Assembly: GCA_001783805.1 (NCBI GenBank)
Contig: MFNS01000001.1
Span: 257,074 to 321,073 of the forward strand
DNA: 64,000 bases
Direction: 5' to 3'
Source: Candidatus Levybacteria bacterium RIFCSPHIGHO2_01_FULL_40_16
GTDB taxonomy: Bacteria; Patescibacteriota; Microgenomatia; Levybacterales; UBA12049
The notes below the pieces were generated by a model. That model did no database searches. It saw only the letters and a list, made by a program, of their open reading frames with translations, and was not told the DNA's origin. Positions 36,933-50,162 of the stretch are shown here, one piece after another. Position 1 is the stretch's first letter, and every line of letters starts with the position of its first letter. A program made the position numbers and the translations under genes.

Positions 36933-38183
36933 ATGATTAGGAGAATCAAGCAGTTATTTTACTTTCCGATTGCTTATTATTTCCGTTTTTTTGCACAAAT
37001 TAAGCTCACCAGATGGAAGCCGAGAATTATTGTCATTACAGGATCAAGCGGCAAAACAACACTCTTGCATTTAATCGAATCGCAATTGGGAAATAAGGCA
37101 AAGTATTCTCACTATGCAAATAGCTCGTACGGAATTCCGTTTGACATTTTGGGATTGAGTCGCAAAAATTTAACCCCCGATGAATGGATTTTTCTCTTTT
37201 TACTTGCGCCAGTCAATGCCTTCAGATCAATTCCCAAGGAAAAACTTTATGTTGCGGAAGCGGATTGTGACAGGCCGGGAGAAGGAAAATTTCTGGCAAG
37301 CTTTTTAAACCCGGAAATTACGCTGTGGACAAATTCAAGTTTAACTCATAGTTTAAATTTTGATCAACTTGTCAGTAACAAGAAATTCTTGTCCGCCGAA
37401 GAGGGTATTGCTTATGAATTCGGTTTTTTCCCGGAATATACAAAAAAAACTGTAATCGCAAATGGCGATTCTAAATTAATTCAAAAACAACTAATAAGAA
37501 CGCATGCAAAAATTGAAAGTGTCTCTGTAAAAAAATTAGAAGATTACAGAATAGCAGACGGTCGTACAGATTTTGTTTTCGATGACAAAAAATACTCGTT
37601 CAATTTTCTTGTTCCAAAAAGTGTATTTTATTCAGTTGAAATGACCAAGTTACTTATGGAAAAATTGAGCTTGCCATTTGATTCAAACTTCAAAAATCTA
37701 ATTCTCCCTCCGGGAAGGAGTACCGTTTTCAAGGGAGTTAAAAATACGACAATTATCGACAGCACTTACAATGCAACGCCTGACGGCGTAAAAACCATTC
37801 TCGAAATGTTTGACAAATATTCTGCAAAAAATAAGTGGTTGGTTTTAGGAGACATGATCGAACTGGGAGCTAATGAGAGAGAGGAACATAAAAGACTGGC
37901 AGAAATTATTAGCCCCATGAATCTACCAAAAATTATTTTAATTGGTCCCCGTGTTTCAAAATATACATTTCCAAAACTTAAAAACGCGGAAAAATTTGAA
38001 ATGCCCAAAGACGGACTAAAATATATTTTAAAAAATCTTAATGGGGGAGAGACAATACTTTTTAAGGGCGCGAGATTCTTGGAAGGAATTATTGAGCATT
38101 TATTACAAAATAAAAAAGACACTGATAAGCTTGTGAGGCGCGAAATTGTCTGGCAGAATAGGAGGATAGCTTTCGGATTATGA
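36933..38183 (+). CDS. Mur ligase family protein (MurF-like, lacking the N-terminal domain)
   Basis: P-loop ITGSSGKTT near the N-terminus and a DSTYNATPDG Mur ligase C-domain motif. Confidence 0.55.
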   Translation: MIRRIKQLFYFPIAYYFRFFAQIKLTRWKPRIIVITGSSGKTTLLHLIESQLGNKAKYSHYANSSYGIPFDILGLSRKNLTPDEWIFLFLLAPVNAFRSIPKEKLYVAEADCDRPGEGKFLASFLNPEITLWTNSSLTHSLNFDQLVSNKKFLSAEEGIAYEFGFFPEYTKKTVIANGDSKLIQKQLIRTHAKIESVSVKKLEDYRIADGRTDFVFDDKKYSFNFLVPKSVFYSVEMTKLLMEKLSLPFDSNFKNLILPPGRSTVFKGVKNTTIIDSTYNATPDGVKTILEMFDKYSAKNKWLVLGDMIELGANEREEHKRLAEIISPMNLPKIILIGPRVSKYTFPKLKNAEKFEMPKDGLKYILKNLNGGETILFKGARFLEGIIEHLLQNKKDTDKLVRREIVWQNRRIAFGL

Positions 38184-38872
38184 AAAAAATAATTATTTTG
38201 CATGGATGGACATATTCCTTGGAAAAATGGCGAATATTCTTGGAACTTTTGAAAAAAAGAGGAATTGAACCAACTATGCTCAATGTCCCCGGATTGACCA
38301 GTAAAAACGACAAGGTTTGGACTATAGAAAGCTACATTGGCTGGTTAAAAGAAATTGTCGACAAAGAAAAAGACAAGGTCGCTCTAATTGGCCATTCTAA
38401 CGGAGGAAGAATTGCGATAAATTTTGCAATAAAGTATCCGGGAAAAATTGAAAAATTAATCTTAATTGACAGTGCAGGAATTTATCACAATGAATTACCT
38501 CTTGCTCTAAAAAGAGCTATCTTCAAAACTCTTGCAAAGCTTGGAAAATCCCTCAGTGGTTCTTCCATCCTCAAAAATGCTTTCTACAAATTGGCAGGAG
38601 AAAACGATTACAAAGATGCAAACCCAAACATGAAACAAACCATGTTGAATCTTATTAATTCCGACAAATCCTTAAAACCCGGGAATGTCCAAATTCCAAC
38701 CTTAATTTTTTGGGGCAAAGAAGATAAAATTACCCCGCTTTCTGATGGGAAATTAATGCACCGACTGATTAAAAATTCAAAATTGGAAATAATAGAAAAT
38801 GCACACCATGCGCCTCAATTCACAAACCCAAAAGAAGTTATAAATATAATCGTCAGCAATTTAACAATATAA
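38180..38872 (+). CDS. alpha/beta hydrolase
   Basis: GHSNGG nucleophile elbow and a C-terminal His motif; ATGA overlap with the upstream gene. Confidence 0.65.
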   Translation: MKKIIILHGWTYSLEKWRIFLELLKKRGIEPTMLNVPGLTSKNDKVWTIESYIGWLKEIVDKEKDKVALIGHSNGGRIAINFAIKYPGKIEKLILIDSAGIYHNELPLALKRAIFKTLAKLGKSLSGSSILKNAFYKLAGENDYKDANPNMKQTMLNLINSDKSLKPGNVQIPTLIFWGKEDKITPLSDGKLMHRLIKNSKLEIIENAHHAPQFTNPKEVINIIVSNLTI

Positions 38873-38893
38873 CAATTTAACAATTTTTTACTT

Positions 38894-40060
38894 ATGACCA
38901 TTTTTAATTCTTTAGGTTCAAATTATAATTTAAAATACGTTTGGCAATCATTATTTTCAGATGGACATGACCAGAACCGGAAACTGGTAAATTTTCTTGA
39001 AGGAAAATACAACGGAAAAACTATCTTAACTTACAAGGGGCGGGAAGCAATAACTTTGGCTCTTAAAATTTTAAACTTACCAAAAGAAAGTTGCGTTGCG
39101 ATTAACGGATTTACTTGTTACGCGGTTTATAAAGCTGTAAATGAAGCCGGTTTCACTCCAATTTGCTTGGATTTAGATGAGAAAAATTCCGATCTGAATT
39201 TTTCTCCCGAATCTTTAGGAAAAACATTAATGGAGAATAGAAATATAAAAGTCGTAGTTGTTCAAAATACATTAGGCTATCCTTGCAATATTGAGAAAAT
39301 TGTTCAAATTTGTAAAGAGAATAATCTAATTCTTATTGAAGACCTTGCTCATTGTATCGGAACGAGATATCCAAACGGAAAAGAGGCGGGAACGACGGGA
39401 GATTTCGTCACCTTATCATTCAGTCAGGATAAAGCTATAGATGCCGTTTCCGGCGGCGCATTAATAATTAGAAACGAAAAACACAAAAATAACAGATTAG
39501 CCTCGCAAGGGGACGCCTTGGAAGGCTACCAACAATTTAAAGACAAGCTTTATCCTTTGCTCACTTACAAAATAAGATTTCTTTATAATTCTGGACTCGG
39601 AAAGCCACTGCATTATTTATTAAAAAACTTAAATCTTTTATCAAAACCCATGCAGGGAGGATTGTATGATCTTTATTCTTTACCAAATTGGTATTGCAAT
39701 TTAGCTCTCATTGAGTTTACCAAATTAAAGCAGCAATTAAGCCATCGGAAAGAAATTGCAAAAATTTATGCAAAAAATATAAATAAAAAAATTCTCAACT
39801 CAAATATTGTTAATAAAATTTCTGCCTCTACAAATTTAAGGTTTCCAATTTTCGTTGAGAATAGGGGAAAGCTAATAAAATTTTTAAAGAAAGATAAAAT
39901 TTATGTTTCAGATATTTGGTACTCTTCAGTGGCGCCGGAGTGTCCGAATGCGGTCGAAATCTCAAAAAAAATTCTTAACCTCCCAACCCACATCAACGTC
40001 TCAAAATCCGACGCCCTAAAAATTTCTGAAAGAGTTAATCAATGGTTAAAAAATAATTAA
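38894..40060 (+). CDS. DegT/DnrJ/EryC1-like PLP-dependent aminotransferase
   Basis: Fold-type I features with a candidate PLP lysine in SFSQDKAIDAVSGGALII. Confidence 0.5.
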   Translation: MTIFNSLGSNYNLKYVWQSLFSDGHDQNRKLVNFLEGKYNGKTILTYKGREAITLALKILNLPKESCVAINGFTCYAVYKAVNEAGFTPICLDLDEKNSDLNFSPESLGKTLMENRNIKVVVVQNTLGYPCNIEKIVQICKENNLILIEDLAHCIGTRYPNGKEAGTTGDFVTLSFSQDKAIDAVSGGALIIRNEKHKNNRLASQGDALEGYQQFKDKLYPLLTYKIRFLYNSGLGKPLHYLLKNLNLLSKPMQGGLYDLYSLPNWYCNLALIEFTKLKQQLSHRKEIAKIYAKNINKKILNSNIVNKISASTNLRFPIFVENRGKLIKFLKKDKIYVSDIWYSSVAPECPNAVEISKKILNLPTHINVSKSDALKISERVNQWLKNN

Positions 40061-40063
40061 TTT

Positions 40064-40435
40064 ATGAAAATTTATCACAAAAAGGACGTCTTAAATGTCT
40101 CCAAGCCTGAAGGAATAAATGTTGTTTATTATTTACTTAACGAGTATGGGGTACATTACAATGAACAGGTTCCAAATTCAATCCAAACTTGGCATCATCA
40201 CGCAAAGAGTTGGGAAACTCTTTATGTAATTGCAGGAGAGCTTTTGGCTAAATGGAGGGAAAATGGTGTTGAAAAATCAGAAATATTAATGAGCGGAGAC
40301 TTAGTGGAGACAGAACGAACACCCCATACATTTATAAATAATTCAAACAAAGTTGCAAAATTTCTCGTCATAAAACAAATCTTAAGTGGAAAAGATAAAA
40401 GAGATATTTTGAAAACTGATAAAATAATTGATTAA
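40064..40435 (+). CDS. cupin-domain protein
   Basis: WHHHAKSWETLYVIAGEL...TPHTFIN two-His cupin motifs. Confidence 0.45.
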   Translation: MKIYHKKDVLNVSKPEGINVVYYLLNEYGVHYNEQVPNSIQTWHHHAKSWETLYVIAGELLAKWRENGVEKSEILMSGDLVETERTPHTFINNSNKVAKFLVIKQILSGKDKRDILKTDKIID

Positions 40436-40620
40436 ATTGCGAGCATTAAACAAAGCGCGTTAAAAAATTATTAAGTGAACTGTCAGGGGAATTCCTCAGC
40501 GAGCATAAGCGAGATTGAGGAAGGGGTGAAATTACCCGACCAGCGAACGAAATAATTTTAGCGCGACTTTACCGCTCGCAGAGTTTTGGTACTTTTGCGG
40601 TCAAAAGTACAATAAAAGAT

Positions 40621-41646
40621 ATGGCTGAGATCACAATAAAAAATATTGAAAATAAAGAGGTTTGGGAAGAGTTTGTTTTGAGCAAAAATGAAGTTAATTT
40701 TTTGCAGAGTTGGAGTTGGGGAGAGTTTCATAAAAATTTAGGCAAGCAAATCTTCCGCACCGGATTTTATGAAAAAGAAAAATTAGTCGGAGTCATGCTT
40801 TCGGTAATTGAACCGGCAAGACGCGGAAAATACTTAACAGTTCCCGGCGGACCGATCATCGATTGGCATAAAAAAGACTTCACGGATGTGTTTATAGAAC
40901 AAGTTAAACGGATTTCCACGGAAAATGGTTGCGTTTTTGTCAGAGTCAGGCCGCAATTAAAATTCAATGATTTTTCAAAAAATCTTTTTAAGAATTTGGG
41001 ATTCATTAGAGCCCCCATGCATTTGCACGCGGAGCTAACATCTCAATTGGACATTACTAAGTCCGAAGAGGAATTATTATCGCAAATGAGAAAAGCCACG
41101 CGTTACGAAATAAAAAAAGCAATTAAAATTGGTATAAAAATTACCGCTTCAAAAGATGAAAAGGATATTCAAAAATTTTATGATTTACAAATTGAAACAG
41201 CCAAAAGACAAAAATTCGTCCCATTTTCTTATAAATTTTTGCACGAACAATTCAAAGTTTTTGCACAAAATGAAAACGTACTATTATATAAGGCAGAGTT
41301 TAAAAATAAACTCTTGGCTCAAGCTTTCGTAATTTTTTATGGTAACGAAGCGGTTTATCATTATGGCGCTTCTACCAAAGAGGGAAGACATTATCCCGGA
41401 GCATATTTAATCCAATGGGAGGCAATCAAAGAGGCAAAGAAACGCGGGAAGACCCGCTATAATCTTTGGGGAGTCGCACCTTTGGAGAAATCTGACCATC
41501 GTTTTGCAGGACTTTCTTTATTTAAACGTGGCTTCGGCGGCGAAGACTTTCAATATCTCCCCGCCCAAGACCTAATTATTAATAAACCAAGATATTTATT
41601 AAATTACCTAATCGAATCTTTCCGTAAAATAATCAGGCGGGTTTAA
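40621..41646 (+). CDS. FemAB-family peptidoglycan aminoacyl-transferase-like protein
   Basis: FLQSWSWGEF and a C-terminal GNAT-like half with AYLIQWEAIKEAKKRG, typical of FemX/FemAB proteins. Confidence 0.65.
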   Translation: MAEITIKNIENKEVWEEFVLSKNEVNFLQSWSWGEFHKNLGKQIFRTGFYEKEKLVGVMLSVIEPARRGKYLTVPGGPIIDWHKKDFTDVFIEQVKRISTENGCVFVRVRPQLKFNDFSKNLFKNLGFIRAPMHLHAELTSQLDITKSEEELLSQMRKATRYEIKKAIKIGIKITASKDEKDIQKFYDLQIETAKRQKFVPFSYKFLHEQFKVFAQNENVLLYKAEFKNKLLAQAFVIFYGNEAVYHYGASTKEGRHYPGAYLIQWEAIKEAKKRGKTRYNLWGVAPLEKSDHRFAGLSLFKRGFGGEDFQYLPAQDLIINKPRYLLNYLIESFRKIIRRV

Positions 41647-41702
41647 TCAATCCTTAAAATGCCCCTATACAAAATTTAAAAAATACTGTATCTTATTTTC
41701 TA

Positions 41703-42074
41703 TTGCTTACTCTGCCCATTTATCTATTATCTTTTATGGAGCGAGGAAAAATTGTATCAGGTTGTGAGGCGGAAAAACATCATCCCTCTTGCCCCTGTTT
41801 AGCCTGCAAACATCCTCGTGAATGCAATAACTGTAAAACTCCCCTTACTGTTCAACACGAAATTCCTAAATGCATTGCCAGAGAAATCTTGGAAATACCT
41901 CCTAGGGAAATGGGTAAGGATACCACAGCAGTATCCATACCTTGTCATAATCAAGAAGATAAAAAAGTTCCTTTTATATTAGCTATCATGAGACAACTTA
42001 AGAGGAGGGAAGGCATGATTCCCACAAGAGAGGATGTGCTGACAATAAGAAGAATGGGAATGTTTAGGGGGTAG
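41703..42074 (+). CDS. Cys-rich HNH-like nuclease-domain protein
   Basis: CxxC...VQHEIPK...PCHNQ spacing resembles an HNH betabeta-alpha-Me zinc finger. The ORF ends 1 nt before the gyrB ORF. Confidence 0.3.
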   Translation: MLTLPIYLLSFMERGKIVSGCEAEKHHPSCPCLACKHPRECNNCKTPLTVQHEIPKCIAREILEIPPREMGKDTTAVSIPCHNQEDKKVPFILAIMRQLKRREGMIPTREDVLTIRRMGMFRG

Positions 42075-44150
<2,076 letters not shown>

Positions 44151-44153
44151 TCT

Positions 44154-44813
44154 ATGGAACAACATCCTGAACGAGCAGCTAAAATAATTAACAGAAAAGG
44201 AGACACAGTTTCTCAAGGCGTATTTTCCGGAGAAGTTTTTGATCATTTGGTCGAAAAACGCGCGGAACCGGAAGAACATCATCCGGAAGAAAGACCGTTA
44301 ATAATCGGGGCAATTTATTTGACTTTTCATGAAATCTATATGGCACAGAAGTTCCGTAAAGCGTTAACATCTTCTACGCCCTATGAAATGTTTGCGTCAC
44401 CGGAAGAAAAAACTCTGCAAGAATTTATTATCTTAATGTCTAACGCTTTTGCCCGGGCTTGTTATAATAGCGGGAAAGAAAAGATGGAATTAGCAGGTGA
44501 AGTCAGTATGAAGCATGATGAAGATTATTCATCTGTTAGTATCTACAGTAACCCAGAAATAAAAGGAATACAAGTCGAAATTCATGACCCGAAACAAACT
44601 GCACGTGTTGATTTAACTAAAGATAATTGCGTTATAAAAATCAGAAAAACCCAGGAAAGAGAATTTAGAAAGATCAGCGCAGTAGAGTTTTTGGGATACG
44701 ATTCTACTGCTATTAACAATGCTGAAACAAGAAAAGTATTGTCAACCGGTATGGAATTAGACCAAAAAATTTTCAGGACAACTAAGCCCAACACCATTGA
44801 AAATGGAAGGTAA
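44154..44813 (+). CDS. hypothetical protein (219 aa)
   Basis: ORF with no recognisable domain, placed between gyrB and hppA. Confidence 0.45.
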   Translation: MEQHPERAAKIINRKGDTVSQGVFSGEVFDHLVEKRAEPEEHHPEERPLIIGAIYLTFHEIYMAQKFRKALTSSTPYEMFASPEEKTLQEFIILMSNAFARACYNSGKEKMELAGEVSMKHDEDYSSVSIYSNPEIKGIQVEIHDPKQTARVDLTKDNCVIKIRKTQEREFRKISAVEFLGYDSTAINNAETRKVLSTGMELDQKIFRTTKPNTIENGR

Positions 44814-44844
44814 TTACTTTATAATAGCTTGATAATCTAAGTTT

Positions 44845-46881
44845 ATGAATTTGGCTTTTTTGTTTGAACACGCAATTAGAAATGTCATAATTGTTGGACT
44901 TTTATCTTTGGCCTACAGTGTTTTTTTAATCTTCAATGTTTTGAGCAAGCCCCGCGGCGACAAAAAAATGAACGAAATTTCCGACGCAATTGTCGAAGGA
45001 GCTTCTGCTTACATGAAGACTCAATATACGGTAGTTGCGATAATCGGAGTCGTAATTTTTGCTATTTTATATTTTCTCTTGGGTTGGCTCACGGCAATGG
45101 GATTTTTGGTTGGAGCTTTATTTTCCGCAATTTCGGGCATTATCGGCATGAGTATTGCCGTCAGAGCCAATATCCGCACTGCTCAAGCTGCAAAATCAGG
45201 TTTATCCGCAGCTTTTTCTCTGGCTTTTAAAGGCGGAGCAGTTACAGGATTGCTGGTTGCCTCTCTCGCTCTTTTATCCATCAGCGGATTTTATCTCTTA
45301 ATGCTGCGCTTAAACATCACTAGTCTTCAGCCGTTAATTGCTTTGGGATTCGGAGGCTCTTTGATTTCCGTATTTGCCAGACTCGGCGGAGGAATTTTCA
45401 CCAAAAGCGCAGATGTGGGAACAGATATGGTTGGAAAAATTGAGAAAAATATTCCTGAAGATGATCCGAGAAATCCGGGAGTAATCGCCGATTTGGTAGG
45501 GGACAATGTCGGAGATGACGCGGGAATGGCAGCAGATCTTTTCGAAACGTATGTTATTACCGCGGTTGCCGCAATGATTTTGGGAGAATTGACCTTCAAG
45601 GGAAATCAAACAGTTCTGAATTATCCTTTATTAATCGGAGCAATCGCTATAATTGCCAGCATTATCGGCAGTTGGTTTGTAAAAGTTAAGGGAGCGGGGA
45701 TAATGAATGCATTGTATCAGGGATTGGGAATAACCATGATTATTTCTACAATCGGCATTTATTACGTAACCAACACTATTTTTCCCAACGGCTTAAGCGG
45801 AATTCCGTCTTTGAATTTATTTTATTCTGCTTTAATTGGCCTTGCGATAACCATCGGCATGGTTATTATCACTGAATATTTCACTTCGAAAAAATTTGGT
45901 CCGGTTAAAACTATCGCACAAGCCTCAACTACCGGCCATGGCACCAATGTTATTGCCGGACTGGCGGTTTCCATGAAGTCAACCCTAATGCCGATACTGT
46001 TAATTTCTGCAGGAATTTTACTTGCCTTTAATCAAGCCGGACTTTACGGAATTGCGGTTGCGGCAATGAGCATGCTGTCTCTAACCGGAATTATTGTGGC
46101 CATTGATGCTTTCGGTCCAATTACCGATAATGCCGGGGGAATTGCGGAAATGGCCGGAATGGATAAAAAAGTGCGCGATGTTACCGATCCCTTGGATGCA
46201 GTGGGAAATACTACCAAAGCGATCACGAAAGCCTACGCAATCGGCTCTGCCGGCTTGGCAGCGCTGGTGCTTTTTGCCAGTTACACGCAGGAGTTAATGA
46301 AGGTTCCGGGAGATACCGGAAAATTTGTATTTTCTCTTTCCGATCCTTTGGTAATTGTCGGACTATTTATCGGCGGAGCCTTGCCTTACTTTTTTGGCGC
46401 TTTGGCCATGGAAGCAGTTGGAAAAGCAAGTGGGGCAATTGTAAATGAAATCAGACGACAATTCAGAGAAATCAAAGGTATTATGACAGGAAAAGCCAAA
46501 CCGCAATATGCCAAAGCTGTAGATATTGTTACCAAATCCGCTATTAAGAATATGATTGTGCCGGCTTTGATTCCGGTTGTTACCCCGATTTTGGTTGGAT
46601 TTTTATTAGGACCTAAAGCTCTCGGCGGACTTCTGGTTGGAAGCATTATTACCGGACTTTTCGTAGCCATTTCCATGACCACCGGAGGTGCTGCTTGGGA
46701 CAATACCAAAAAATATATTGAGGAAGGAAATCTGGGAGGCAAAGGAAGTTTTGCTCATCAAGCAGCAGTCACCGGAGACACTGTCGGAGACCCCTATAAA
46801 GATACTGCGGGGCCGGCGATTAACCCAATGATAAAAATCCTGAACATCGTGGCACTCTTAATTGCCTCATTCCTGATATAA
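44845..46881 (+). CDS. hppA: membrane-bound proton/sodium-translocating pyrophosphatase
   Basis: [18 protein letters not shown] and [20 protein letters not shown] signature motifs; 14-16 predicted TM segments. Confidence 0.9.
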   Translation: MNLAFLFEHAIRNVIIVGLLSLAYSVFLIFNVLSKPRGDKKMNEISDAIVEGASAYMKTQYTVVAIIGVVIFAILYFLLGWLTAMGFLVGALFSAISGIIGMSIAVRANIRTAQAAKSGLSAAFSLAFKGGAVTGLLVASLALLSISGFYLLMLRLNITSLQPLIALGFGGSLISVFARLGGGIFTKSADVGTDMVGKIEKNIPEDDPRNPGVIADLVGDNVGDDAGMAADLFETYVITAVAAMILGELTFKGNQTVLNYPLLIGAIAIIASIIGSWFVKVKGAGIMNALYQGLGITMIISTIGIYYVTNTIFPNGLSGIPSLNLFYSALIGLAITIGMVIITEYFTSKKFGPVKTIAQASTTGHGTNVIAGLAVSMKSTLMPILLISAGILLAFNQAGLYGIAVAAMSMLSLTGIIVAIDAFGPITDNAGGIAEMAGMDKKVRDVTDPLDAVGNTTKAITKAYAIGSAGLAALVLFASYTQELMKVPGDTGKFVFSLSDPLVIVGLFIGGALPYFFGALAMEAVGKASGAIVNEIRRQFREIKGIMTGKAKPQYAKAVDIVTKSAIKNMIVPALIPVVTPILVGFLLGPKALGGLLVGSIITGLFVAISMTTGGAAWDNTKKYIEEGNLGGKGSFAHQAAVTGDTVGDPYKDTAGPAINPMIKILNIVALLIASFLI

Positions 46882-46890
46882 AATCTATCT

Positions 46891-49377
46891 ATGGAAATCG
46901 GCAATCTTAAACAAACGGAAATTACTACGGAAGTTAAACGGGCATATCTGGATTATGCCATGTCCGTGATTGTTTCCCGCGCGCTTCCTGACGTCCGGGA
47001 TGGCCTAAAGCCGGTGCACCGCAGAATTCTTTTTGCGCTGCACGAACTAAATCTAACGCACACTGCCAAATACGCAAAATCCGCAAAGATTGTCGGAGAA
47101 GTCATGGGGAAATATCATCCTCATGGAGACATGCCAATTTACGACGCGCTCGTTCGTCTGGCGCAGGATTTTTCCATGCGTTACCCTTTGATAGACGGCC
47201 AGGGAAACTATGGTTCTGTTGACGGAGATCCGCCTGCAGCTATGCGCTATACGGAAGCCCGCCTTGCAACAATTACGGGCGAGATGCTCATGGATTTGGA
47301 TAAGGAAACAGTGGATACTATTCCGAATTTTGACGCCACCCTTCAGGAACCGGTTTTCCTTCCGGCAAAACTGCCTAATTTACTATTAATGGGCTCTGAA
47401 GGAATCGCAGTAGGTATGGCGACCAAAATTCCTCCTCATAATTTAGGCGAACTGGTTGATGCGATTACCTTTATGATCGGAAAAACAAAAGTAATCAATC
47501 CCGAGAAAACTTTTTCTTTAACCAGCACTGCAACTGTTGACGAACTTCTGGAATTTATTAAGGGCCCTGATTTCCCGACTGCCGGCAGTATTTATGATTG
47601 GTCCGAAATTAAAAATGTTTACGCGACCGGACGGGGCCGGATAATTATCCGGGGCAAAGCAGACATCGAAGAGATAGGTAATGGCAAATCTGCAATTATT
47701 GTCACCGAACTTCCGTATCAGGTAAATAAGGCTCTTATGGTTGCCCGGATTGCGGAATTGGCCCGCGAGAAAAAGATTGAAGGGATTTCGGATCTCCGCG
47801 ACGAATCTGACAGACACGGAACCAGAGTTGTCATCGAGCTTAAAAGGGATACCGCGCCAAAAAAAGTCTTAAATAATTTATTCAAGCACACCAGCCTGCA
47901 AACCAGTTTTTCCGCCAATATTGTGGCTTTGGTAAATGGTACTCCTCAAACACTAAATCTTAAAACAATTCTCGAAGAATATCTCAAGCACCGTTATTTC
48001 ATCGTTAAAAAACGTTCGGAATTTGAGTTAAAACAGGCAAAAGCGAGGCTGCACATTTTGGAAGGGCTGAAAATCGCCGTTGACAATATCGACGCGGTAA
48101 TTAAAACAATTCGGGAATCCAAAACCCAAGAGGACGCCAAGCAGAATTTAATTATCAAGTTTAAACTTTCCGATCTTCAGGCAACGGCGATTTTGGACAT
48201 GCAGTTGAGGCGTTTGGCTGCTTTGGAACGGCAGAAAATAGAAGACGAATTGATTATGGTTAAAGAGACAATTGATTATCTGGAAGACCTTTTGGCGCAT
48301 CCGGGAAAAATTTTAAGCGTAATTAAAGAAGAATTAAAAGTTCTCAAAGAAAAATTCGCCGATCCGAGGAGAACAAAAGTTTACAAGAGTAAGGTTGGGG
48401 AATTTTCCGAAGAAGATTTAATTCCGAATGAACCGACAGTTATCACTATCACTGATACCGGATATATTAAACGTCAAAGTCTAAATAGCTTTAGGGTTCA
48501 GCACCGGGGAGGAAAAGGGGTACGAGGAATGACTACCAAGGAAGAGGATGGAATTCTGAACATCCGCTATGCGCAAACTCATGATAATATTTTGTTCTTT
48601 ACCAACCGCGGAAAAGTTTATCAATTAAGAGCCTTTGAAATTGCCGAAAGCAGCCGGACAAGCAAGGGAACCGCAGTTGTCAACTTAATTAACGTTGAGC
48701 AGGATGAAAAAGTCGAATCATTCATTAATTATAAAGTCGGCAAAAAAGGCATTGAAGAGGAAACATTCAAATATGTTTTTCTCTCGACTAAAAACGGGAC
48801 TGTGAAAAAAACAGCCTTAACCGAATTTGAAAATATCAGAAGAAACGGAATTTTGGCGATTAAGCTGGATAAAGGCGATGAATTGGTTTGGAGCGCGTTA
48901 ACCGAGGGGAATAATGAAGTTATTCTGACCAGTCATGACGGAAAAGCAATCAGATTTTCTGAAAAGTCAGTCAGACCGCTGGGACGAAGCACCAGGGGGG
49001 TCCGGGGAATCAAATTACATGCCACTGATGAAGTTATCAGCATGGATGTAATTAAAAAAGATGCCAAGACAGATTTAATTACCATTATGGAAAACGGTCT
49101 TGGCAAAAAAACTCCGGTCGGCCAATTCAGAGGACAAAGCAGGGGAGGGCAGGGAGTAAAAGTTGCCAAGGTTACAGCTAAGACCGGAAAAGTTGCTTTT
49201 GCGCAAGTGATTCCGCCAAATTACAAAACCCTGATCATGACCTCCAAACGCGGACAGGTGGTAAAGCTTGAGCTTTCTTCAATCCCAAGACATTCCAGGA
49301 ACACGCAGGGAGTAAAATTGATGAGGTTCTCCAACTCAACCGATCGCGTCACCTCCGCCACCTGCGTTGAGGAATAA
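46891..49377 (+). CDS. gyrA: DNA gyrase subunit A
   Basis: [25 protein letters not shown], an active-site Tyr region and a C-terminal beta-pinwheel. Confidence 0.9.
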   Translation: MEIGNLKQTEITTEVKRAYLDYAMSVIVSRALPDVRDGLKPVHRRILFALHELNLTHTAKYAKSAKIVGEVMGKYHPHGDMPIYDALVRLAQDFSMRYPLIDGQGNYGSVDGDPPAAMRYTEARLATITGEMLMDLDKETVDTIPNFDATLQEPVFLPAKLPNLLLMGSEGIAVGMATKIPPHNLGELVDAITFMIGKTKVINPEKTFSLTSTATVDELLEFIKGPDFPTAGSIYDWSEIKNVYATGRGRIIIRGKADIEEIGNGKSAIIVTELPYQVNKALMVARIAELAREKKIEGISDLRDESDRHGTRVVIELKRDTAPKKVLNNLFKHTSLQTSFSANIVALVNGTPQTLNLKTILEEYLKHRYFIVKKRSEFELKQAKARLHILEGLKIAVDNIDAVIKTIRESKTQEDAKQNLIIKFKLSDLQATAILDMQLRRLAALERQKIEDELIMVKETIDYLEDLLAHPGKILSVIKEELKVLKEKFADPRRTKVYKSKVGEFSEEDLIPNEPTVITITDTGYIKRQSLNSFRVQHRGGKGVRGMTTKEEDGILNIRYAQTHDNILFFTNRGKVYQLRAFEIAESSRTSKGTAVVNLINVEQDEKVESFINYKVGKKGIEEETFKYVFLSTKNGTVKKTALTEFENIRRNGILAIKLDKGDELVWSALTEGNNEVILTSHDGKAIRFSEKSVRPLGRSTRGVRGIKLHATDEVISMDVIKKDAKTDLITIMENGLGKKTPVGQFRGQSRGGQGVKVAKVTAKTGKVAFAQVIPPNYKTLIMTSKRGQVVKLELSSIPRHSRNTQGVKLMRFSNSTDRVTSATCVEE

Positions 49378-49403
49378 CCCGACATTAGAGTATAATTTAA
49401 TCA

Positions 49404-50096
49404 ATGGAAAACACCAAGGACTTAGAGCCAAAGCAAGAAAGAATAATTTCTCTTAATCAAGAATTTCACCCTTTCGATCCAACATACACAGAAGAAAAGA
49501 AAATATACAGGAATTCCCCTCCGCGCATTCTTACAAATATTATTTTGGATCTTGGAGCTTTCAAGCTTTCATTAAAAATAGATGCCGACCCTGAAGATGA
49601 CCTTCCTAAAACGAATACTATTACACCATTTAACCCGGACGATGGATATATGATTACAAACGAAGATTTTGACCTTGAAAAAAGAAAACAAAAAAAAGTC
49701 CCGCTAATTGACCCCGTTACGGGTTTTGCGGAAGTAATAGATTTTTTAAAAAACCCTTTCTGTTTGAATATCGATACGCCTGGTTATGATCTCGAGAGAT
49801 CAGGTTCTGTTTCACCGGAACTCTTATCAATACTGGAAAGGCTTAAGGTACAAGTCAGCGTAGGGCAAGGTAATTTTGAATCGAGATATTTTGTACACGA
49901 GCTTCTCTTTTTTGATAATTTTTACCCTCACGATACGGGCCCACTCCCAGAGGACATGGATTCAGGGCTAGAGGAAGGTTTTAATCTTGCTTTACCCAAT
50001 GATCCTGAAAAACTGGCGACGATTAGGATGAAATTTGTTCTGGCAGAAGATACCCCCGAAGAAGCCGCGGCAAAGAAAGCCGACCAGCCACTCTAA
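49404..50096 (+). CDS. hypothetical acidic protein (230 aa)
   Basis: ORF with no recognisable motif. Confidence 0.45.
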   Translation: MENTKDLEPKQERIISLNQEFHPFDPTYTEEKKIYRNSPPRILTNIILDLGAFKLSLKIDADPEDDLPKTNTITPFNPDDGYMITNEDFDLEKRKQKKVPLIDPVTGFAEVIDFLKNPFCLNIDTPGYDLERSGSVSPELLSILERLKVQVSVGQGNFESRYFVHELLFFDNFYPHDTGPLPEDMDSGLEEGFNLALPNDPEKLATIRMKFVLAEDTPEEAAAKKADQPL

Positions 50097-50162
50097 TGCG
50101 ATGTTCAACCCCAGGAGTTGAGCGTGTTAAAAGAAATCTTCAAAATTTAGTATAATACCTAC

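Noticed and set aside
40436-40620. T-box riboswitch upstream of the FemAB-like gene.
   Set aside because: No AGAGA or GNUGG box and no GGGTGGNACCGCG T-box sequence. Only generic hairpins are present.
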